From: an uncultured Clostridia bacterium | GTDB lineage: Bacteria; Bacillota; Clostridia; TANB77; CAG-508 | Direction: 5' to 3' | Length of the DNA stretch: 64,000 nt | NCBI GenBank assembly: GCA_963557785.1 | Contig: CAUWBF010000009.1 | Location: 715-64,714 of the forward strand | Part shown: piece after piece, positions 37,876 to 46,779 of the stretch | How the letters are laid out: every line of letters starts with the position of its first letter | How positions within the stretch are numbered: the first letter of the stretch is position 1 | The notes under the pieces: generated by a model | Databases searched by the model: none | What the model saw: only the letters and a program-made list of their open reading frames with translations | What the model was told of the DNA's origin: nothing | Position numbers and translations under genes: made by a program

Positions 37876-39258
37876 ATGTTTTTTAGAAAAATCATGAAAC
37901 AAAACATGACGCAAGAACCGATTGTTTATCAAACCGGAACATATGTCAAACTGATTAACAAGGCCGAGTACTGCAAATCCATCATTGCCGATGGCAAGGA
38001 ACTCATCGTAACCGGAAACGAATCAGGTGAACTAATTGTGCCGGAACTCAAAGATCCAAAGGTCTACATCACCTTCAAAGAAGGTATTACGGTTTTCTCG
38101 GATGTATTCTTAGGCTGTACCAAGTTAACGAGTGTTCCTGCCAATCTCTTTGCAAACCATCCCAATGCCACTAGTTTTTCAGGAGCCTTCTTTTGTTGTA
38201 CGTCATTGAAATCCATACCTGCCGGTCTCTTTGCCAACAACCGAAAGGTCACTGACTTCTTCAGTACCTTCTTTGGTTGCACGTCATTGGCTGCCATTCC
38301 GGAGAACTTATTTGCCAAATGCTCGGAAGTTACAACATTTTCCACCACCTTCCATGGTTGCGAGGCTTTGACTTCCATTCCGGAGAAGCTATTCGCGAAT
38401 TGCCCAGAAGTCACCGACTTTGATGACACCTTCAGTAGTTGCAGAACTTTAACTTCCATTCCGGAGAAACTGTTTGCAAACAACCCGGAAGTGATCAGTT
38501 TCAATGCAACCTTTGTTATTTGCTCGACATTAGAGTCAATTCCGGAAAAACTGTTTGCCAACAATCCGAAAGTTACTGACTTTGAAAGTACCTTTCGCTT
38601 CACAGCATTGACTTCCATCCCGGAGAACTTGTTTGCGAATTGCCCGGCAGTCACCAACTTCGGTGGAACCTTCTCGAAATGCAAGGCACTAATCGCCGTC
38701 CCCAAAGGATTGTTTGTTCATAATCCAAAAGTCACTGACTTTGAACAGACCTTCGAGGGTTGTTCGGCTTTGACGGCCATTCCCGAGAAGCTGTTTGCCA
38801 ACAACCCAGAGGTAACCAAATTCTCCCTCACCTTCCATGGTTGCTCGGCATTGACTACTATCCCGGAGAACTTATTCGCAAATAATTCGGCAGTCACTAC
38901 CTTCTCCGAAACCTTCTATGGTTGCAAGGCACTGATTGCCATTCCCGAGAACCTGTTTGCGAATAATCCGAAAGCCACTGCCTTCAATTTCACCTTCGTT
39001 GGTTGCACGTCATTGACTTCCATTCCGACCGCTCTCTTTGACAACAACCGAAAAGTCACTGACTTCGCCTACACCTTCGCAAGTTGCAAGGCTCTCACCG
39101 GTGAGAGTCCTTATACGATGATAGATGGCCAAAAGGTGCATCTCTATGAACGCAAAAACTATCCGGAGCAGTTCACGGCACCAACAGGTTTTCAGGATTG
39201 TTTCTATGATTCTAATAAGCTGACAGACTACGCTCAAATTCCAACTGATTGGTTGTAA
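37876..39258 (+). CDS. BspA-type leucine-rich-repeat protein, no signal peptide
   Basis: About 14 tandem ~23-aa units of consensus L(T/K)SIPExLFANNPxVTxFxxTFxGCxxL. Paralog of 61399..62328. Confidence 0.62.
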   Translation: MFFRKIMKQNMTQEPIVYQTGTYVKLINKAEYCKSIIADGKELIVTGNESGELIVPELKDPKVYITFKEGITVFSDVFLGCTKLTSVPANLFANHPNATSFSGAFFCCTSLKSIPAGLFANNRKVTDFFSTFFGCTSLAAIPENLFAKCSEVTTFSTTFHGCEALTSIPEKLFANCPEVTDFDDTFSSCRTLTSIPEKLFANNPEVISFNATFVICSTLESIPEKLFANNPKVTDFESTFRFTALTSIPENLFANCPAVTNFGGTFSKCKALIAVPKGLFVHNPKVTDFEQTFEGCSALTAIPEKLFANNPEVTKFSLTFHGCSALTTIPENLFANNSAVTTFSETFYGCKALIAIPENLFANNPKATAFNFTFVGCTSLTSIPTALFDNNRKVTDFAYTFASCKALTGESPYTMIDGQKVHLYERKNYPEQFTAPTGFQDCFYDSNKLTDYAQIPTDWL

Positions 39259-39463
39259 TCCATAACTCTCAATGGCACATTCAACCCTGCCATTGGGAGT
39301 TTTTTACTGCTCACCTTATCTGTTATATTTCTCATATTACCGAGTAATCGAGGTAAGACGGAAAATAGAGGGAATACAATAATACTCACATTTAATCATT
39401 TACGCTTCAATAGAAAAAGTGCAAATAATAGTATGTATATTTGCATACATGGAAATATTTTTG

Positions 39464-39471
39464 TATCTTTG
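39464..39471 (+). promoter_or_regulatory. Bacteroides-type -7 promoter element TAnnTTTG
   Basis: TATCTTTG; about 12 nt upstream of ATG at 39483. Confidence 0.4.
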
Positions 39472-39482
39472 CACTATCAATA

Positions 39483-39899
39483 ATGCAAACAAACAACATT
39501 AAACACTACAAGATTATGAATGAGGCTTATGTATCTCTGGAAACGGCAAAACTTCTCAAAGAAAAAGGATTTGATAGTCATTATTCAACGCTTTTTTACA
39601 AAAATGATAAATTGGAGTTCTACAAAGAGGAAAGAAAAAAGTATTGGTTGCAGGTAGATGAATACGCTGCGCCTACTCTTTGTATGGCACAAAATTGGCT
39701 GAGAGAAACGAAAGGAATTTATGTTTGGATAGAACCAGTTGTGGGTCATAAGTGGACGATTTCTTTCTGTGATTTGAATGTGAGTGCAGAAGAAAGCGAT
39801 TGGATTGAAAACGATATTAAAAAAGAAGGCTATCCTGTATATAAAAAGTATGAGGAAGCTTTGGAGAATGCTATTAACATGGTACTCAAAATAATTTGA
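39483..39899 (+). CDS. hypothetical protein
   Basis: Start trimmed to MQTNN (in frame with the track ORF 39441) to sit downstream of the promoter motif; could equally start at 39519. Confidence 0.4.
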   Translation: MQTNNIKHYKIMNEAYVSLETAKLLKEKGFDSHYSTLFYKNDKLEFYKEERKKYWLQVDEYAAPTLCMAQNWLRETKGIYVWIEPVVGHKWTISFCDLNVSAEESDWIENDIKKEGYPVYKKYEEALENAINMVLKII

Positions 39900-40074
39900 T
39901 TATGAACTATTATTGATTTGAACAGATGGTCTAAACTTAAATAGCTTAGAAGTTTCAATTCCAGATGGCAGTAGTAGAGAGTCTGCTATCTATAGTTTGA
40001 AATCAATAATTTGTTAGATTTGATAGAAAGAGTAAGAGGATTTTATTCGTGCAATATATCTCAGCATCAAAATT

Positions 40075-40608
40075 ATGAATCGAAAATTTGAAATTACCAC
40101 AGAAGAAAAAATAATAATGAAGAATAATGGAGTAAAGGTTAAAGTTTACCGTATTCGTTCTCTTCGCAACTTTGAGACTGTTAAGGTTGGTTAGCTCGGT
40201 GGGTTCGTGGAAAAAGAAGAAAATTTATCTCATGAAGGAAACTGCTTTATATATGATGATGCAGTGGTCTGTGAGGATGCAAGGGTTCGTGATGATGCTA
40301 TTGTAAAAAATAGAGTCATGTTGCTTGGAAAGGTTATTGTAAAAAATGAAGCAGTGATAGAAAATGATGCTCTTTTGAATGATCGAGTTATTGTTCAGGA
40401 TAAAGGATTAGTCTCTGACAAAGCGAGAATCTTTGGATGTGCAAGAATTATTAGTAAGGCTACCGTAAAAGGTAATGTGCTTGTAACAGATAAAGCCTAT
40501 ATCCAAGGAAATGCCGTAGTCACGGATGATATAATCATTAGAGGTTACGCAAGAATTACGGGAAATTTAACGATAGGTGGTTGCGCTGTTATCTATGCGC
40601 ATTTTTAA
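40075..40608 (+). pseudogene. hexapeptide-repeat (left-handed beta-helix) protein interrupted by in-frame TAG at 40192..40194
   Basis: MNRKFEITTEEKIIMKNNGVKVKVYRIRSLRNFETVKVG-TAG-LGGFVEKEENLSHEGNCF... aligns residue by residue with the N-terminus of 40716..41621, where the same codon is CAG (Gln). Downstream is ~18 hexapeptide repeats. Confidence 0.5.
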
Positions 40609-40715
40609 ACAATCTGTTAAAATATAGTGTGTGCTTTTGCATACATGAATTTTAAATGCTAATTTTGTACTTAATTAGATACATTATGCCAAATAGCTTA
40701 TTTTAGAAGTTTGAT

Positions 40716-41621
40716 ATGCGAAAAAAAATAGATATTACTGATGAGAAAAAAATGGTTGCGCTGTCTGATGGAACAGAGCGTACAGTTTATCGTATCAAGG
40801 CTCTTCGGGACTTTGGGGATGTGAAGACCGGGCAGCTCGGTGGGTGGATTGAAAAAGAAAGCAACCTCTCACACGATGGAAACTGCTTTGTATATGATGA
40901 AGCGGTAGTCTGTGATGATGCCAAAATATCTCAATCAGCTATTGTAAAAGACTCTGCGGTAATAATGAACAATGCCAAAATAGGAGATTATGCTTCAGTT
41001 ATGGATCGCGCAATAGTAAGAGATAATGCCGTGATTCAAAATTATGCTCAGGTTCAAGACGAAGCCTTGGTAGCAGGAAATTCGGTAGTTGAAGATCGTG
41101 CAACTATAAAAGGTATGAGTTTTGTAAATGAAGAAGCAAAAATTTCCGGTAGTGCAATAGTGATGGATGATGCAGTCGTTAAAGGAAGTGCAATTGTACG
41201 CGATAAATCTGTTATATCAGGGAATGCAAAAATAGAAGGGAAAAGTATCGTACAAGATTATGTACAGATTGGTGAGAACGCTATGGTAAGAGATAACGCT
41301 TGGATTAAAGGAAACACTATGATTAAAAGTAATGCTATTGTAGAGGGAGAGGTTTCATTGAAAGGAAATGTAGAAATAGTTAATGACGAAATTATTGACA
41401 GTCAGCATTTCATGGATGTAAAAGAAAGAATTGGAATCAGAATCGCAAAAGTTAGAAATCATAGAGGATTATCGACCAGACAATTGGCTGAAAAATCAGG
41501 AATAAGTTTTGCTAATATTGGAAAACTTGAAAGAGGTACATATAATATCAGTATCGAAATCTTGGATAAGTTATGTGAACAATTAGGATTAGAGATTCAA
41601 TTGGTTGAAATTAAGAAGTAA
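40716..41621 (+). CDS. hexapeptide-repeat (beta-helix) protein fused to C-terminal XRE-family HTH
   Basis: N-domain VYRIKALRDFGDVKTGQLGGWIEKESNLSHDGNCFVYDEAVVCDD; ~30 hexad repeats; C-terminal HTH LSTRQLAEKSGISFANIGKLERGTYNISIEILDKLCEQLGL. Confidence 0.6.
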   Translation: MRKKIDITDEKKMVALSDGTERTVYRIKALRDFGDVKTGQLGGWIEKESNLSHDGNCFVYDEAVVCDDAKISQSAIVKDSAVIMNNAKIGDYASVMDRAIVRDNAVIQNYAQVQDEALVAGNSVVEDRATIKGMSFVNEEAKISGSAIVMDDAVVKGSAIVRDKSVISGNAKIEGKSIVQDYVQIGENAMVRDNAWIKGNTMIKSNAIVEGEVSLKGNVEIVNDEIIDSQHFMDVKERIGIRIAKVRNHRGLSTRQLAEKSGISFANIGKLERGTYNISIEILDKLCEQLGLEIQLVEIKK

Positions 41622-41626
41622 ATAAA

Positions 41627-41664
41627 ACCCCAGGCAAGAGCTAAATCTTGCTTGGGGTTTTTTA
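41627..41664. terminator. bidirectional rho-independent terminator
   Basis: CCCCAGGCAAG-agctaaat-CTTGCTTGGGG stem followed by TTTTTTAT; preceded by AAATAAAA on the other side. Lies between convergent genes. Confidence 0.6.
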
Positions 41665-41665
41665 T

Positions 41666-42031
41666 TTAATATTTAACCACTGCTACTTGAAGTCCTTTGT
41701 CTTTGGCGATTTTGATCATGTTAGCCGTTCCACGGCTTTGGCCATCCCAAAATGCAATGAGAGCATCAGCTTCAGCAGCCATTTCCGCGTTCCGGATGGG
41801 TCCGGCTGCTCGTCCATGACGATGCCAGTCTGCAGGGTGCAGCTCGATATTTAATCCTCGTTCCTGTGCGTATTTTTCACCCAGGGTATCTGCACCTTTG
41901 GCATGACCTGAAACGATGATGACTTCATGCGTCTGTATCTTGTCATGAAGGTAGTAATCGCATTTCTCGGCCAACAGCGCGTAGTTGGAGAAATCACGAC
42001 AACCGGCTATGATTACTTTGTATTTTCCCAT
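41666..42031 (-). CDS. DUF2493 / SLOG-family (YspA-like Rossmann) protein
   Basis: GCRDF...GHAKGADTLGEKYAQERG...HPADWHRHGRAAGPIRNAEM...AFWDGQSRGTANMI matches the remembered DUF2493 consensus. Confidence 0.62.
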   Translation of the reverse strand: MGKYKVIIAGCRDFSNYALLAEKCDYYLHDKIQTHEVIIVSGHAKGADTLGEKYAQERGLNIELHPADWHRHGRAAGPIRNAEMAAEADALIAFWDGQSRGTANMIKIAKDKGLQVAVVKY

Positions 42032-42034
42032 ACT

Positions 42035-42361
42035 TTAGTCTTTGAATCTTGAATTTATATTAAGAAGTTCATACCGTTGAAAAGGAGTTAATTCTTCTAA
42101 TCCCTTTATTTTCCCTTCTTTTATGCGATATTGAAAACTCCTTAATAAGAAAATGAGGTCGCTTACGACTTCGTAGATTTCAGAAGCTGAGTAGTTGTAT
42201 GGCTTCTCTTTTACAGAAGAATGGAACATGTCTACTTCTATTTGTATATTACGTTTCCGATAAGAGGGAACACGAATGACAGACGTTGGCGTTCCGAGTT
42301 TGCCTTTTCGACCGGCACCTATCCTTCGGCCTCCATGAGTATTTTTCTTGTTAGTTTCCAT
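42035..42361 (-). CDS. hypothetical protein with basic Gly/Arg N-terminus
   Basis: 108 aa; HGGRRIGAGRKGKLG. Confidence 0.4.
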   Translation of the reverse strand: METNKKNTHGGRRIGAGRKGKLGTPTSVIRVPSYRKRNIQIEVDMFHSSVKEKPYNYSASEIYEVVSDLIFLLRSFQYRIKEGKIKGLEELTPFQRYELLNINSRFKD

Positions 42362-42520
42362 ATTTCTTAATTATTATATGCAAAGATACAAAAAAATACT
42401 TGAATATGTAACAGAATCAAGTTATAAAAAACTTAAATTTGTAACGTATTCAAGTACTGTATTTTAAAGGGAAACCATTGTCAGAATATTGGGAGTCTCC
42501 TGATGCGATTTTATTCCCTT

Positions 42521-44707
42521 TTATTTTTTGTTAAATTCTTGAATTTCAGCAATCATGTCTTTGACCTCTTTGTTGATTTTCAAGAAGTTTCCATATAGGA
42601 TTCTTTCGCGTGCTTCAGGAGATTCAAAGTGATAAAACTTAGGGATTGGATAATTGGCATAGTCTTTTTCTTCTTTGCTAATGTTATCCATATCGAAATT
42701 TGTTTTGCAGTAGAATTTACTGGTCTGAAATTCTTCAGACTCTTGAATATCCATACTATCACCACGTCCTGTTTTGGTCTTCACAAAATCTCGGGCGGTT
42801 TGACCACAAATCCAACCGGTTGGCATATCTGCAATTTTGGAGCCGGGGACCAAAGAATCGAGGTTTTCATTCAAGTTGATAGAGGTTTTGTCTCTGTCAA
42901 TCGTTATACCTTTTTTCAGTTGGACGACCTTTCCAAATATGTCATTGGATAACCATTCCAAGGTTTCTTTGGCTCGTGCAGAACCACTGACTACATTACC
43001 AACGGTTGTGATGATTTTCTGCATACCGGTCTTGCCATAGTCTGCTTCCAATTGCGGTAGTTCTTGAAAACCGAGAGCTACACTCACTTTATTGCTTCGT
43101 GCTGTGCCGATAAGACGGTCAATCTTGTGGAAGTATAATGTAGGTAACTCATCCACAATGATGCTTACTGGAATGTTTTTTCCTTGTCCTGTGTTGACAC
43201 GAGTAACAAGACGGTTTAAGATTAGTGCATTCAAAGCTCCAATGATGCTTTCCATTTCAGGGTCATTGGCAATCAGAAGATAGGATGGATTCTTGGGGTC
43301 ACTGACTTTGAGGTCAAAATCGTCACCGTCTTTGCTAAAAATCCAATATGATTCTTTGGTTGCCAGACGTGAAGTAAATACGCGAAGCGTACCAATCATA
43401 CCTTCCAACTGTTCCATTGCTTTGTTTTCAAAAGCTGTTTGGAATGGACCTAAAAGTGGGGCTACTTCTGTATCGGTTTTCAAGACTTCAAAGATCGTAT
43501 CGTAGCTTTCATTTAAGAAAGAAAGGATATGGGGCATATCAGAGTATTTCCCTAACCAATAGGCAGGTTGTGCTATGTTGCCATTGGTATCACGCACAAC
43601 TCCGGTTGGCTTTATCATACCGGTCTCGGGGTCAATGGTCTTGTCGAAGTTCATTTCATTACCATTCGCATCATAAGGTCTCTTTTCGTAATTGCAGAAA
43701 AAGTAGATGCAAGCAGCTAAGAAGTTGACAGCAGAGGTCTGAAAGAACTGATCACTACCGCCACCACCTTCTTTTTTACCTTTTTGCAAGGATTCAAGAA
43801 GTGTTTCAGCTGTTTCACTCGCTGCTGCAAGATTGGATATGTATTTTAGCTGAATAGGATTTACGCGCCTACTGTATTCTACATTAACAAAGTTGATAAT
43901 GTTGAACTGACAATTTTTGGGTGTCCTTCCTGCTTTCTTGTTAATTCTATAATGGTAGTATAGTTTCTGAGCCAATGTCGGGAACTTGTAGTCATAAACT
44001 ACCATCGAAAAACCTTTTGCGGAGTGCTGCCGGATAAACGGTTCTATGATAGAGAATGTCTTACCGGAACCGGGAGTTCCGACAACCCATGTTCCTCGGA
44101 ATGGATTGATTATATTTACCCATCCTTTGCGAAATTTTCCTTTGTAGTAGTAACGCATAGGAATATTGACAGAGTATTTGTTTTCTACCTTCTCTTCCAT
44201 TTGCGAAAAACTCTCATTCTCAAAGTTGAATCGGTCTTTTAATAATCCATCTTTCAAGAACTTGGAAATGTTATCTAATGCAACTTGGCAAAGAATGGCC
44301 CCTACAATACTCATAAGAAAATATATCCATGTGCTTAGGGGTAATGAAAAGAACGAGGGAGACCACCGTTGTTTAAAAACCCATATGGACAAGAACATCA
44401 GAATTAAACCGAAGGAGATGGGGTAAATCACCATCTTCTTGGCATTAAATTCCAGATGTTTTTTGTTTTTAGTTCCGATGCAAGTTACACAGATTATCAA
44501 TAAGGTCATTACCTTACTGTAAATCATGTGACCATCTTGATATACTCCCCAGGTTTTAATTCGACTATATATATCGAACAAAAAACCATTCCAAAAATTT
44601 AATGAAGCCGGATTAATAGCGTATTCAAAAAATTCAATTAAAATGGCTACATAGATGAGTATTCTAAATATTTTGTATAGTGATTGTAAATCCTTACTTT
44701 CATCCAT
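42521..44707 (-). CDS. type IV coupling protein (VirD4/TraG/TraD family)
   Basis: N-terminal TM helices, Walker A GTPGSGKT, IVDELPTL (Walker B-like), SNKVSVALGFQELPQLEADYG. Confidence 0.8.
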   Translation of the reverse strand: MDESKDLQSLYKIFRILIYVAILIEFFEYAINPASLNFWNGFLFDIYSRIKTWGVYQDGHMIYSKVMTLLIICVTCIGTKNKKHLEFNAKKMVIYPISFGLILMFLSIWVFKQRWSPSFFSLPLSTWIYFLMSIVGAILCQVALDNISKFLKDGLLKDRFNFENESFSQMEEKVENKYSVNIPMRYYYKGKFRKGWVNIINPFRGTWVVGTPGSGKTFSIIEPFIRQHSAKGFSMVVYDYKFPTLAQKLYYHYRINKKAGRTPKNCQFNIINFVNVEYSRRVNPIQLKYISNLAAASETAETLLESLQKGKKEGGGGSDQFFQTSAVNFLAACIYFFCNYEKRPYDANGNEMNFDKTIDPETGMIKPTGVVRDTNGNIAQPAYWLGKYSDMPHILSFLNESYDTIFEVLKTDTEVAPLLGPFQTAFENKAMEQLEGMIGTLRVFTSRLATKESYWIFSKDGDDFDLKVSDPKNPSYLLIANDPEMESIIGALNALILNRLVTRVNTGQGKNIPVSIIVDELPTLYFHKIDRLIGTARSNKVSVALGFQELPQLEADYGKTGMQKIITTVGNVVSGSARAKETLEWLSNDIFGKVVQLKKGITIDRDKTSINLNENLDSLVPGSKIADMPTGWICGQTARDFVKTKTGRGDSMDIQESEEFQTSKFYCKTNFDMDNISKEEKDYANYPIPKFYHFESPEARERILYGNFLKINKEVKDMIAEIQEFNKK

Positions 44708-44710
44708 TTT

Positions 44711-45379
44711 TTATTCTTCTTCATGGTTTAACCTAATTGTCAGGATAGGGCGTGAGGCAAAAGATTGATGTTTGTCTGCACTTTCAAACCGGCCAGCACT
44801 TAAACTGTAACGCCAAGCTCTATCTGAATTTGCTCCTGCACATTCTGTACTGGTCCAATACCAACAGTCTTCCTTGTCTATGGGGATTGGATCTCCCTCA
44901 CAATTGATAATGATAGGATTGACAATATCTCTTGCTAAATATAATTGATACATTTCAGCAACTGAAGGGATAAAATACTTTGGATTCAGAGATTCTGCAA
45001 GTGGAGAACTTATGTCCTTACTTCTCATTGCAGTGGTATTTTTCTCACCATCAAATGTAGATATATCAGCGGATGTGCCTTGCTCAACATAGGTCGTGTC
45101 CGGGTCAGAAAAAGCCCAAGGGTTATGTTCTTTTATACAAACGGCGTAGGCTGTACCATCTATTTTGTCATCATAATCTACATAGAAGATTACAGCTTCA
45201 GGAGTATTCCCTTTGCTGAGTACTTCTTCATAGGTATTAATTTCTCCATTTGTACAGTAAATCATGCCGGGTCTCCAACGATGCCACGTTTCATCTTCAA
45301 AGACGTGATTATCACAAGAGGAGAGGAGCGTTATTATCATACAAAGTATGCCTGTAATTGATAATTTAAAATTCTTCAT
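44711..45379 (-). CDS. lipoprotein (TraQ position of tra operon)
   Basis: Signal peptide with LLSSCDN lipobox. Confidence 0.45.
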   Translation of the reverse strand: MKNFKLSITGILCMIITLLSSCDNHVFEDETWHRWRPGMIYCTNGEINTYEEVLSKGNTPEAVIFYVDYDDKIDGTAYAVCIKEHNPWAFSDPDTTYVEQGTSADISTFDGEKNTTAMRSKDISSPLAESLNPKYFIPSVAEMYQLYLARDIVNPIIINCEGDPIPIDKEDCWYWTSTECAGANSDRAWRYSLSAGRFESADKHQSFASRPILTIRLNHEEE

Positions 45380-45384
45380 ATTAC

Positions 45385-45900
45385 TTAGTTTGAAGTGGGT
45401 ATTTTAAAGCCAAGTACTATTCCTGTCCGGAATAAATCCTTGCCATTGATACAAAGGTCAGTTTTTACTTGCCAATAGATTTGCCATCCTTTTCGAAGAG
45501 AATAATTGTGTTCATAACCGGCATGAACCCATCCTAAAAATTCGTGGGTGTCGCTACCGATACTTCCTCCAAACCGAATGTTTCCATAATGGTTTTTACC
45601 GCGTACAACACAAGGTTTATAGGCAGCACCGACTCCCCAAGTCCGGTAGTGTTTCCAAAAGGAATCTTTGGTAATATGTCCTACACGAGGGTCTTTTGCA
45701 TATTTAATATAGCCGTTGGCAAAATACTCCCAGGCATTGTGATGCTTTGTTTCATGTTCAACTCCAATTGTAAAATCAAAACCTCTTTCGTATAATGCTC
45801 CTATGCCTAATGATATTCGATTACTGTTGGCCTGAGCATTCATTTCCGTAGAAATGAATGAGAGACACAGAAATAAGAATAAGATTTTAATATTCTTCAT
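45385..45900 (-). CDS. conjugative transposon TraO-like secreted protein
   Basis: 171 aa with signal peptide; assigned by size and position downstream of the TraN-like gene. Confidence 0.4.
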   Translation of the reverse strand: MKNIKILFLFLCLSFISTEMNAQANSNRISLGIGALYERGFDFTIGVEHETKHHNAWEYFANGYIKYAKDPRVGHITKDSFWKHYRTWGVGAAYKPCVVRGKNHYGNIRFGGSIGSDTHEFLGWVHAGYEHNYSLRKGWQIYWQVKTDLCINGKDLFRTGIVLGFKIPTSN

Positions 45901-45911
45901 ATACTTATTAT

Positions 45912-46763
45912 TTAGTTTTCATATAATAATAATTTGCTGAACGAATCTGCTCCCAATACATCTTCATAGTCAATATTAAGACTGATTGTTCGTCCACTGA
46001 TTTGTTTCTCACTCATTTCAATAGTCAGTACCTTATCATTGGGGAAAGTCAGTTTTTTTACAACGATTACATTGCGATACCCTTTCAGAAAAGACTCCGT
46101 GTTGTCTAAAACAAGGGAAGGAGTTAATTCTATGGTCTGAACATTCGTGGCTTTAGATGTTTTTTTATCATTCAATTTCAGTCGGAGCTGGTCTATGTCG
46201 AAACGGATGTTTGTCTTGTTCTCTATCGAGAAATCCAAGAAGAAATATTCCCCAACACTATAGACGTTGTTTAAGCGCATGACCATTTTGTTATTTTTGG
46301 TGGCCACATTTCTGTAACGTGCCGGTGAAGTCCAAATTTGTCGGGCATAGCGAACCATATCTTCAGTAGACATACTTACTGCCGGGTTGTTATAAGCTGT
46401 ACGTTCATTAACTTCTATGGTTTTATCAGCTACAGCTTCTTCAACTTTGGATGTATAAATCAAGCCATATTGAGTCCGATAGCGTTCGGTAACAATGGTA
46501 ACAATGGCAAGGATGTCACCATCCCGATTTACTTCTACCCCTTCTTTAGGTTTTAATCGAACGGTGTTATTGATAGGCTGATCACCTACTACCTTGTGTG
46601 TGCTGATGTCGACAAAGCGGACAGGTTCCGAGGCGGTTATTACAGTCGTCACGTTTTCATTAACCGTAATAAGAGGCATCTCGTTCAAACATTTTTGAGC
46701 AAAAGCCTGGAGTGAAAAAAGAATGCAAGCTACGGCAGCTAAGAATACTTTATGTAGTTTCAT
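45912..46763 (-). CDS. conjugative transposon TraN-like protein
   Basis: 283 aa with signal peptide; position and size fit Bacteroides TraN. Confidence 0.45.
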   Translation of the reverse strand: MKLHKVFLAAVACILFSLQAFAQKCLNEMPLITVNENVTTVITASEPVRFVDISTHKVVGDQPINNTVRLKPKEGVEVNRDGDILAIVTIVTERYRTQYGLIYTSKVEEAVADKTIEVNERTAYNNPAVSMSTEDMVRYARQIWTSPARYRNVATKNNKMVMRLNNVYSVGEYFFLDFSIENKTNIRFDIDQLRLKLNDKKTSKATNVQTIELTPSLVLDNTESFLKGYRNVIVVKKLTFPNDKVLTIEMSEKQISGRTISLNIDYEDVLGADSFSKLLLYEN

Positions 46764-46779
46764 AATGTTCTATTATTTA

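Noticed and set aside
38064-38705. 213-aa minus-strand ORF inside the LRR gene.
   Set aside because: It is an antisense shadow of the repetitive LRR coding sequence; its periodic sequence mirrors the repeats.
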